64,000 nt of DNA from the human T2T-CHM13v2.0 reference genome, Homo sapiens. Numbering within the stretch: the stretch's first letter is position 1; each line of letters begins with the position of its first letter. Location of the stretch: NCBI RefSeq assembly GCF_009914755.1, contig NC_060931.1, one strand, 5' to 3'. A model generated the notes under the pieces. It did not search any database and had not been told where the DNA came from. It saw nothing but the letters and a program-made list of their open reading frames with translations. Below are positions 11,301 through 23,400 of the stretch, one piece after another. The position numbers and the translations under genes were made by a program.

Positions 11301-14300
11301 TTTGAGACAGGGTCTTACTCTGCTGCCCAGGCTGGAGTGCGGTAGTGTGATCACGGCTCACTGTAGCCTTGAACTCCTGGGCTCAATGATCCTCCTGCCT
11401 CGGTCTCCCAAGAAGCTGGGACCAGAGGCATGCATAACCATGCTTGGCTAATTTTTAAATATTTGTTGGGATGGGGTCTTTGCCCAGGCTGATCTCAAAC
11501 TCCTGGGCTCAAGTGATCTTTCCATCTCAGCCTCCCAAAGCCCTAGGAATACAGATGTGAGCCACCACGCCCAGCTTGTTTATTCAGTTCTCTTGACTTT
11601 CAACCTAGTTAGTTCTCTCTTCATTGAGATTACCAGGTAAAGACTATTTATGAATTAGCATAACTTCCTTATTTGTGTTAGCTTTACTTATAAAGGCGAA
11701 GTAAGATGCTTTAGCTTCCCAAATCTGGCAATGCCATTCATTACGGAGTAAGTCAACACTGCTTAATGCAGTAATGGGTAATGCAGCCATTTGACCACAC
11801 TGCCCAGTGCTTAAACAAATGCTTTTTACACCTCTGGTGAAGCAGAATTCTACTTCTCGGTTAATCAGCCACTAGGAAAACCAACCCTGGAAACACCAGA
11901 AACATCTGGAAAAGCAACAAATTCATATATTCCGAAGTCATCCAGAGCATCTTCATGGCCTGAAATGTAAAACAAATACTGCTTACAAACCGAATGCCTT
12001 GATTTGCTGTTGTTTTTTAAACCTTTGTAAAACTTATCTTTATTGTCTGTTTTAAATGGTATAGGTACAAAATGAATTTAACATTTCCTAATTCCTATAG
12101 TCGTATTGCCATTAAGCAGTGTTGGAAATCACTCTTTCTGAAGCTGAGAATCGAAACTGAATTGGAACAATTATTCTTAAAGCCAGACGTGAGAATAGCC
12201 TGTTACATCTTTAAATACACACAGGTGGGCAACCTTGGCCTTTGTAACTTGCAGTTACCAGAGACTCATGGTCACCAGGGTTTAAGCCTGAAGGTCACAC
12301 CAGTTCTTGATCCACCCGTAATATCTACTGCACCCTGTTAGATCTAACAGATCTAGCAGATGTAACAGATCATCAGAACAAAAAGAGTAAATAGCTAACT
12401 GAAGCTTCCCATACATAAAAAGTAAAATACATTACACTATCAATCCACATAAACTATCATCTATAGAATGATGGCGGGGGAGGTGGTTAGGAGGAACCAG
12501 ATAGCCTCTGGGGCCCTTGCCAGCTCTGACATTCTGTCACTTATAAGTCAGGAAGGGCTAGAAAAGAGGAAGAAGGCCCACATTTATTACACATCCAGGC
12601 ATCATATCAGGCACTCCACCTATATCATTTTATTTAATTCTCATAGCAACCTTAAGGGGGAAGTTTTTATCCCTATTATATAGAAGAGGAAGTTGCGGTT
12701 AAGAAAAATAATTTTCCTAAGGTGACATGAGGGGAAATAAAACTGAAACTTGGCTCCCTGTGATTTTGTGGCCTGAGCCAAAACTTTGTTAACTTATAAT
12801 AAGTCAGTACAGTCAATATTGATGATAATGAGGGTTACAGTGGGGACAAAGAAGCAATCCTGGCCCCTGCCAAATCTTCTTTTCCTCTTCTCTTTGGGAT
12901 GGAGCTGCCAGCATGAAACCTACCTTAGGAATGAACAAAGTGATAGAACCCTTTGGCATTTTCAAAATAATAATAGGATCAATGAGTTAGCAGAACTAAT
13001 TTCTTTGATCCTACTGACTGTGGACAAGTGACTTAATCTCCTTGATTATTAGTTCTCTTGACTGTAAAATGGAGTTAAGAGTGCCTTCCAGGCCTGATAT
13101 TACAGACTTGTGTGACTTATATAAAACCAATACAGAAGACAGCACTTTGTAAAGTGAAGGCACTAACTCAAAGGTAAGAGACTGTTATATTAATTTTAGC
13201 TCATATTAATTATATTACATTAATAATATATAATAATATTAACACAACTAATTAACATACATTAAAACTGATAATAGCCCTTTTCAGCTTGGCCATTACC
13301 TGAAAATGTTTGAGCTTTCCTGTATTCTGTTTCTGGCCTGAAAAGACAAAATAGGTATTTTTGTCAGGGATAATAATTGAGGAATAAGCATCTAAGGAAA
13401 ACAACTATTTTCATAGAAACAGATGCATTACCTGCCTTCTAGTTTCTGTTTTATAACTAAAATCAAGAGAGAAGAAAAATGGTAAGGTTTTTTTTAGTAC
13501 ACATATATACAGCTTCAATTTTTTTTTTGTAATTTTAACCTACCTTTGTAGGGTTGATATTTTTTCCATAGGAAGAGAAGACACATGGATATAATCAAAA
13601 ATAGTGATATTCCAGTTATACTTGCTAAAGGTGACAATGATTTTCCTTTCTGTGCAAGCTTCTCCAGTCCTAAATAAAAAGATAAACATATTTTTAGCAA
13701 TAAATTGCTACAGTATATAACTTGACTTTTTAAATGCCGTATTTTAAATGAGACGCTATTGAAAAAAATATATAAACACGTATATTAGAGACACACAGAG
13801 AGAGAGAGAGACCAAATGGAAGGAATGCACTTATTTTAGAACACACACTAAACTCCCTAGGGATACCTGTGATTGGAAACGTGGTGCACTGCCCAAGTTA
13901 AAACTGACTGTGTTGTACTAGGTGTAGCCAATATCTCATGTCGTACTTCTCAGTGATGTTTGCCACCTTAGATCTGTTTCATCTAATTGTCTCTACATTC
14001 CTAAATGCTAAGTTGTTCTCTCATTTTCCTTCCATTTTGCTTTTTTAGCATAATTCAAGTATGTGAATTTTCTAGGGAGATGGTATGTGATTAAAGGTGC
14101 AAGAGGGGAGGTGTTCATTTCAAACACACTTTAGTAATTTTTGGCCAATAAAGAAATGTCTCTTACCATAAATGATGAAAAAAATTAAAAAGAAAAAAGA
14201 AATGTCAATTCTTAAAATAGGATGTATGTGTGATTTTTCAAAAAAATATTTAAAGTCCCACCTTTTGACTAGAATTCACTTTGTTTTATCAGTCATTCCC

Positions 14301-17300
14301 TTTATTAATATCACTATATAAAATACGGTGCTAATAACATCTGCTCTGTTCTAAGGGTGCATGATACATATTAACTCACTGAATCTTTACAACAATCCTA
14401 CCAGGGAGAGATTATTTTATCATCCCTTCCAATAGATGAGGAAGCTGAGTCTTGCCCAAGGTCACTTGGGTTATAAGTGGTAGAATCCAGATGTTACCCC
14501 AGACTCTTAACACTTAATGATGCCTCCCTTTAATATAATTTTAACACAACTTATTAACTGTGGCTATGTTAACACCAGCTTCAGGTTATAATATGTTTAG
14601 TTATATAGTCAATCTATATAATAGGAAGTAGTTTTAACCTCCAACAAATGAAAGTAACAGATGTCTTCCATATTACCATGTGAATCAGATATGGGTGTGG
14701 AAATAAATCATGGCAGTTGCTTGTCTCTGTCCAGATTAATGTGTGAGTGAAAGTCATGTGATGCCATTTCCATTCAGCAATGGTGAACAGCCTGGAAAAT
14801 CTGGGTGTGGTAAAGACCATGGTGGCTACACAGCTCTGCAATAAATATCCAGCCTGCACTGTGTCATCTTTCATCATAAAATCTCTGCTGAGATCTCCAA
14901 CAGCCAAAATAAGGGAGGAAGCCTTAATCTTTTCTTTCTCTCAGTATGAACCTACATTAACTCTCTTGGCTTTTCCACTCAGAATACTTCCATTTCTTAA
15001 TCTTACAGGAATCTTTTAATAAGGTAGTGTAGATCATATGTGCAAAAATCGAGTAAACACATCATGGAAATCGGTTATCTCTTCTAATTTCCCAATACAG
15101 CACCATTCACATATTTCCCTTAAGTCCTAAAGAGTTCGACAAGGTTGTTTTTCATTATCAAAAATCTTCACCATTTCTGATGGGGAGTTTATAAATTTCT
15201 GACATGCGTTCAGAGAACTGCATTCTTAAAATGTTATTCTATGGGATTATAATATCTGTGTCCTGCTTATTGCCTTTAAACAGATTTTAAATTAAACTCT
15301 TTCAAACCTTGGCTAGAAGAAATAAATGCAAGGCAGCTTCAAATGAACTAGAATGGCAATTTATTGATCCTAGATATAGACTAGAACATCATGAAGCTTT
15401 TTAGATTATTTTTGCCTCATAAAAAGTTGTAGAATAATTTATATTCTCCCACTGTTAGAAGGCTGACCTTTTAGTTTGGAACCACTTTGCACTTGGGTAG
15501 TCTCTTTGTGAGATCTTAGCCTTTTCTCAGATATTATTCTCTTGTGGGATTGTTCTCTCTAAAGAGCTGTGTAACTTTGGGTGAGCCCCTTGACTCTCAG
15601 GGTTTTGATTTTCACATTAGTATAATGAGGAGGCAAGAGTGAAAGAGTGACTGGCATTTAAGTTCTCTTCTTGCTCTGATACTCTATGACTTGGGGGAGC
15701 CAGAGAAGTTTACATGAAGTTATGTAAATAGGACCCTATATCTGTGGCATGCTAGTAACAAAGTCTTCAAAAAATTGCACATATATATGTTAACACACCT
15801 TATAAACACACACAATACACTTTTAAGTTTAATTTCCACTATTTTTTTCCCTCATTTCCTCAAGTGTAGGCAATGTAATTATAGAGCAACATTTTTCTGA
15901 GTTTTAAAACATAGTAATTTCATTATCATTAAGTCCAAAATGTTTTCTAATTTTCACTGCAATTTCTTATTTGACCTATGGGTTTAGAAGTCTGTTGCTT
16001 AATTTTCTTAAGTTTGGGAGTTTTCTAGTGGTGTTTCTATTATTGATTTTTGGTTTAATTTCATTCTTGTTAGAGGGCAATCCTTTGAAGTTTGTTGATT
16101 TTTTTTAATGACTATACAAATAGTCATATGAAAAGGGTGTATTCTGCTGTTGTTGTATGTAGTATTTATATTATTTCAACTAGGTGAGGCAGGTTTTCTC
16201 TATTCCTACTGAGTTTTTGTCTGTTTTATTAGTTACTGAAATAAATATGTTAAAATCTCCCACTTTGTGATTTTTTTCGGTCAATTTTTGCTATTTATTA
16301 GGTGCACTTCCTAATGCTTCTTGTCTTGAAGAATTTATCTAATTCATCTAATTTTTATGTACATTATCTTATACCAGTACGGTAAGTCCTCACTTAACAT
16401 CAGCTGATTCTTGGAAACTGTGACTGAGCAAAACAACAAATAATGAAATCAATTTAACCATTGGCTAATTGATATAAACAAGAGCTAAGTCTCTACAACA
16501 TATTTCTGGTCAGAAAAATATCAGAGTTCTACATAAAGATCCCAAACACTTCTAATATCAAACACTGAAATAAATTGAATGAATACATACATTGAATAAA
16601 GATTAATAAAACAAGTAAGATCGTTATTTACTCAATTTTTGGTGAATCTGTGAATGATGGCAGTGGTAGTGGTAATGGGTTAAATCAAGGAATAAATGTT
16701 TACAAAGTGAAAGTTGTAAAAAGCACCTCCTAGCATCATGCAGTTCAAAAACTAACATCACAAATCTGGTAGTCTTGCGGAGCACTTTCATATCACATCA
16801 TTTATTGTCATGCATTTATATGATTATCCTAGTCTTTATAAATTTTTATTTGACAATCATTCGTATTCATTCATTCATTCTCCAACCTGCTTATTCTAGT
16901 TCAGGCTTGCAGGTGGCTAGAATCCTATCCTGGAAGCCCAGGACACAAGGCCGGAACTAGCCCTGGACAGGGTACCATCCCATTTCAGGGCACACTCACA
17001 CACATACCCACACTAACTCAGACAGTGACTATGCAGATATGACAGTTCACTGAATGTGCACATCTTTGGGATGTGGGAGGAAGCTGGAATACCTGGAGAA
17101 AACCCATGTAGGTAGGGGGAGAAAGTGCAAACTGCACACACACAGTGGCCCCAGTGGGAATTGATATTTTTTCTCATCAATATTATAATGAAATGATGTT
17201 GAAATGAAATAACATTATTAGAAGACCTGCTATATAGCTATGCTAGCTTTCTTTTTTGTATGGTTTATCTGTTCATCTATTTAATTAAAACCTTTCAGTA

Positions 17301-20300
17301 TCTTCATACATAAGGTGTGTATCCAGTTTGACATTTGTTTTTTACTTGGAATATTTAGCGCACTAAGACCTAGTATGATTAGTAATATATTTCAGTTTAG
17401 ATCTGCAATCTTATTATTTTTTCTATATTTCCTACCTTTTTATTCCTTTGCTCTCTCCTTTCTTGTCCTAATTTAGATTAATCAGAATTTTATTTATCTT
17501 TTCTTCTCTATTTCCTTGTTAGTTATACATTTTTATTTGTCTTTTAGACTTTAGGGATTAAAAATTCTAATCAATAGTTATACCACTTACTGCTTCTATG
17601 ATACAATAATTAGTTTCATATTACAGTTGGGAAATCTAAGACTCCAGGACTCAAATTTGAATTTAGCAATGTCTAACAACAATTCCATGCTCTTTCCACC
17701 ACTCTTACCTAATCATTATAGAAGAAACAAAGTCCTTCTCCCAAATGAAGCCCAAATCTACTCAGTTCTACCAATTGAAGCAATGACAAATAAATCAAAT
17801 CCTCTCTGTATATGATGTCATCTTAATTGTTTGGTGAAACTCACATCTCCCCCTGAGAATCCTCTTCTTCAGATTCAGCATCCCAAGATCATTTTGTTGT
17901 TCTTTACATAACTGGATTCCAGATTCTCTACCATCCTAGAGGTGCACTTTTGGAAGCCCAACAAAATTTAATTTCATTTCTAAGACATAAATTTAGAAGG
18001 ACCCATACTTCACTGCGGTTGTCAATAAGATAAAGGCAAATAGAATGCTCTCTGAGACAGTGACAGTGATAAAAAAGCAAAAAAAAAAAACCAAAAAAAA
18101 AAAAAACCACAAAAACCAGAAAAACTGGTAAGAAATAAATAATAAAAAAGAAAGAATTGAAAAAAAATACCAAATAATAGAGTGGCAAGATTTAACATAT
18201 ATCGTATGATTTGGGCACCACTTTTAGCAAGTGAATTCTCTATTTCGTCATTTTAGATCTGACAATAAAATAAAAACTAGCTAAGGGAATTTTCAGATAA
18301 TGCACAATTAAATATATATTAAATATTATATATACATAAAATCAAATGTACAATTTGTTTTCCATTTACAAAAGAAAATTCATACCATTTACAGTTACAG
18401 ATAAAGAAAGAGTCTCAGAGAAACTAAAATATTTGCCATAGTCAGTAAGTCCTAGAATTGAGAGTAGACAGGTTTTTTTCTGACTGCAAGTTCAACTTTT
18501 TTTCTGTTAATCTGTGGTCAAAGATTGGTTTTTCCAATTAGTAGGTAGGCTCTTACATATCAGTTTTTCCTCTAACTTTTTCTGACATACGACTTCATGT
18601 GCTTCAAATCTTTCACTTCTTAATAGCCCGACTGCCATCACCAAAATTCTATAACCCCTGAAGACTCCTCAAAAAAGAATTCAATGCTAATTTATTCTAT
18701 TCAAGTTTTTGCAATGTGCTTTACCATCAGCAAAACTGCTGAAAAACACTTGAGTAGTCTCGGCTGTTTTTTCCCTCTTAAACTTGAACATATGCTAATA
18801 ATTACTATTTCCAAGCAGTTCCCGTTCTAATAGTGAAGCTTCACTCTGGCCGGCATCAGCTCTCTGCCAGACACTTCTGTGATTCTCCAGTCAGGCAGTA
18901 GGCTTAATATACAATGACTGGATGTCTTAGACTAGATAAGATACATATGTTCCCTTCTCCTTCATTTTTAACTTTTTGTCCCTTTTGATATGTATTTACT
19001 AAAATGACCTAATTTGCACACATTCTCTCCTACAGAGGATCCCACTGTTTCCTTCCTCCATTACTTCCTTATTTCTTTAGGCTCCTTCCTTATTGCCCTC
19101 TTGCCTCTTCCCTTGGCCTGTGTTTGCCCTACATCAGAGAGCTTTCCTGTAGTGACCAGTGCCTGTCAGCCCAAAACCACGGCTGTGGCAAAGGCCAAGA
19201 GTCTTCCCAATGGAGAATGAGGAATAGGGACAATCCTTTTCTCGGAAGAAATGATCTTTCCTGTTAGTCCTCTTCTCTAGAGCATTCTGGCTCTCTGCTC
19301 TCAACACTGCTCCTCTATCCCAGAACACACAAGATTTACTAGGTCCAGCATTTGAAATTTGTTCCTTTCACACACACAAAAAGTGCCAAATATGTAAAGG
19401 ATCAAATCAAGGGGCACAGTTGTTGTGGTCTCAGCTGCAGGCAAGTGTTTTTGCAAAGATGAACTTCCAGAACCTGAACTTGAAAATAAGACAGCAGGAA
19501 ATTCTGACCCTATTGCCATAGAGAATGTATAGGGATCACTTCTGCAGTTCTGGACACCTGCAGGAGCTTCCTTCTTTCTCCTTTCAGAGAGTTTATACTA
19601 TTCTTTAGCACATAGCATGCCATTCTCCCCATTATTTAAACATGATGGACTCATGTGCCAAAGCCATAGTGCAAATGCTATTTGCCTCCTCCTTAGGCAA
19701 ACAAATAAAATGGAATAACATGTTAAGTGCAAATATGGTCAAGAGGTGTGGTATCCATGGTATCGCAACCCTGCTGTTTGAGACTGCACTCAGTGGCAGG
19801 ACAGCCATATGCTACCAGTCTGTGTATCCATTTCTACATCAAAATGAAGTCTTGAGATCTCTCTCATCCAATCTGTTCACTGATTATGGCAGCTGACTCA
19901 TGTCCCTCCGGAGATGAAGGTGCCACGTTGAGGAGTGTGCCATTTCCACACTCCATCATAGGCCCACTGACAGACACAGTTGTTCAGTGCTGGATGCTCA
20001 TGGAGACATCACCTTAGGTCTCAGGGTCTGAATGTCAGATTTGTAGTTCTATCTTAATTGTCATTTCCAAAGACCCAAAGTGAAATACATTTCCTAGACA
20101 TCTTGACTTGAGAAATTTCCAGATAGAAAAAATTAGTAAATTCATTTTCCTGCCTTGAGTCTTTTTCCTGTTCTCTTCTTTAAGAAAAGTTGGGAAATAT
20201 AAATAAATGTAAAAAATGGTAGCTTTCTCAGGATCACGTACAAATTGAAAACATTTCTATTATGGATAAATCTCAAACTATGCCCACATGGCCTTAGGGA

Positions 20301-20381
20301 ATTCTATTTATACAATTGAATGCCTTCATTAAATGTGAACATTTGAATACTGATCAGATGATTACATTTCCATAAACATTC

Positions 20382-20427
<46 letters not shown>

Positions 20428-23400
20428 ATCTCTCTGTCTGTCTGTCTATACATTGCATGTCACAATAGCAATTTTGGCTCAGTTAAAACTTTAAAGTAGG
20501 GACATCTGCATTCAAGGAAGTCCGTAATTAAGGTAATAAAATCTTGTTTTGCAAAACACAAAGCTAATTTATTATTTTAATAGCTATTCTTTTCTTGAAA
20601 TGTTATCATAGACATTATTTTCAGTTACAAGTATTTCCTAACTTTGCATTAATATGAAATTATACACATTGTAGACAAACCAGAGTATCTCTACGTACAT
20701 AGCATTAAATTAGATAGGTGATGAGAAAGTACACGTACATAGCATTAAATTGGATAGGTGATGAGAAAGTGACCCTATACCTACCTTTTAGAAAGACCAT
20801 ATGGTTTCACCAACATTCTCAGTTATATCAAAGGAGACAGTTTGTATAGTGGTTAAAAACAAGGGCTTTGGGTCAGGTGTGGTGGCTCACGCCTGTAATC
20901 CCTGCACTTTGGGAGGCCGAGGTGGGCAGATCAACTGAGATCAGGAGTTTGAGACAAGCCTGGCCAACATGGTGAAACCTCATCTCTACTAAAAATACAA
21001 AAATTAGCCAGGCATGGTGGCACGTGCCTTTAATCCCAGCTACTTGGGGGACTGAGGCAAGAGGATCACTTGAACCCAGGAGGCAGAGTTTGCAGTGAGC
21101 CGAGATTGTGCCACTGCACTTTGGCCTGAGCAACAAGAGTGAAACTTCATCTCAAAAAAAAAAAAAAAGGCTTTGAATTCAGATATTATTTATCACTTAC
21201 TAGCTGTGTGAACTTGCCTGTTGTCTCTGTTTTCTTTAGGATATTTCCATGGAGATACAAAAAGGTCAATTAATATCTCAAATTAGATGTGAATCATAGT
21301 CCAAAGAGGGGAAAGTCACCATTTGCTGTAGTCTTAGAAAGAGAAAAACACAGAACTAATTGTTCTCTCCAGCCTTCCTCTCCCCACTGAAAATCCCCAA
21401 TAAAACTTGATTATTTCCTGACCTTGTCATTTTCTTTCCATATCTGTGAACTTGGAGTCATCTCTGGCTCTGTTTTCCTTTGGCTTCCACGTTTTATTGC
21501 TAAAACTTTTTGGTCAGCCAAATGTTTTGCCTTATTAAGAAGTAAGAGGTTAATCTCTTACTTACAGCTTCACTGGCGACACCAAACACCAATTTGGTTC
21601 TGGAAACATCTCAAAAGCAGGTATTTTAACCTTTTAAATGATTTCAAATTCTCCACAGATCTCAAGAGTTTACTCCTCAGAGTGGATGGAGAGTAGGCTC
21701 AACTGATACTTGCAAGTGATGGTCATTTATAACTGTAGGTTGATGTATACTTAATCTGTCCTGCTGAGGTTCATTAACTTTGAAACTTAGAAAAAACAAA
21801 TATTTAACAAAACACATCAATACTATTCATTTTCTTTGCCATCTTGTTGCTGTTTGAGTTAAAGCTCTGTGGACATTTGGGGGTTAGAAAATAGCTCTAA
21901 AAGCCACAAAGAGGTCACTAATATTGACAGCTCTGAATCCCTCTGAAAAATAAGCACCTGCTCTTCTTATTTACTATAATAACAAATGCTTGGTCTTTGT
22001 ACAGGTCAAACAGGTTTTTTAGATTTTGCAAAAGGCAATTATCTGACGTTAAGACTGTAGCTGTCTTTAGACCTTGGTAATAAGATCTTAATCAAATATT
22101 GGGGGCTTCTGATATTATGAGAATATCTTAGCTAAATATTAATGCAGAAAGTTTAGGCAGTGGGAAAGCCTTACTGTAGTATACTTCTACCCATTACAGC
22201 CATGTTTTCACTTGCAGTGAGCATGAGAAACAAGCTGAAGATGATACCAGGATTGCTACTATTTTATGTGCTTAATTATGGCTTGCTGTACAATTATGTC
22301 TTGGTTTGCTACTGGGGTGAAAATCTGGTTAAGCCTATAAAAATTAATAAAATGGAAAGCAAAGGATGTACCTCAGCTGTTTATGTGTTTGCCACTCATG
22401 TTAGATTGTGAGCAGGAATTCTTATTAGGAGGAATTACCTTTCTCATATGTTATTCTTAGTGCGTACTCCAATATTTGGCCCATAGTGAGTGCTAAAAAA
22501 TGAATGAATGGGTGCTTAATTTATAACACCCTAAAACACATATGCTTTTTGGGTCTACAAGAAATATATATTATTATCTACTGCCCAAATGAAGCAACTC
22601 AGGTAAAAATTCTAGAGCTGCATTGTCTGACATGGTAACCACTAAACACGTGGCTATTTACATTCAAATTAAAATTAATAAAGATGAAATAAAATTAAAA
22701 ATTCAGTTTCTCAGTTGTGTTAAGCACATTGTGTTAAGTGCTCAATGTGTTAAGTGCTCAAAAGCCAAATGAGGTTAGTGGCTATCATAATGAACAGTGC
22801 ATTTTCTTCATATGAAAAAACCCCCACCATGACAATATATACATCCCAAAATACCGAGGTGATTTTTCCTCCTGGTACCAAGGAGTACCTACGAGAAACC
22901 CATTCACTATACATTTATCAACCTGTAGGTTTGCGATAGTCTTATAATTCTTCATGGCTCTTTAGGAACTTTTTAGTAAATTCAAAACACTCTGGAGATA
23001 AAATATACTAAACAAGTGGTTGTCACACTTGTATGTGCTGAATATTCAGATTCTCCAGTGCTACCTGAAAGATCCTGATCCAATAGGTCTGAGGTGTCTT
23101 AATGAAGCTACATTTTTAGCGACCTCCCTAGGTGATCTTGATGCAGATGGCCCAAGGGCAACATACTGAAAAACTGAGCCTAAGGATTACAAGAAATTAT
23201 ATTGTTGCATCACTTATTCAACAAAACATATTGAGTTTCTCTGTATTATGGGTCTTTTTCTAGGTACCAGTGCTATAAAGGTGAAGAAAGAGAAGGCATC
23301 AATAGAAAAGATATTAATGAGTAGTAGCTTTTATAAACTTGTTCTTCCACCAGTCATAGGTACCTTAACCACCATGTCCTGTCCAAACCTGCTCCCAGAT

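Noticed and set aside
18068-18180. A-rich tract as tail of a processed pseudogene
   Set aside because: No upstream mRNA-like sequence or target-site duplication could be identified
20693-20770. Direct repeats of 26-40 bp (also 62361-62427) as CRISPR-like arrays
   Set aside because: Only two copies each, no series of unique spacers, no cas genes, mammalian context; these are simple tandem duplications
20873-21136. 87-aa ORF (and the 85-aa ORF at 52936..53193)
   Set aside because: Typical antisense-Alu translations
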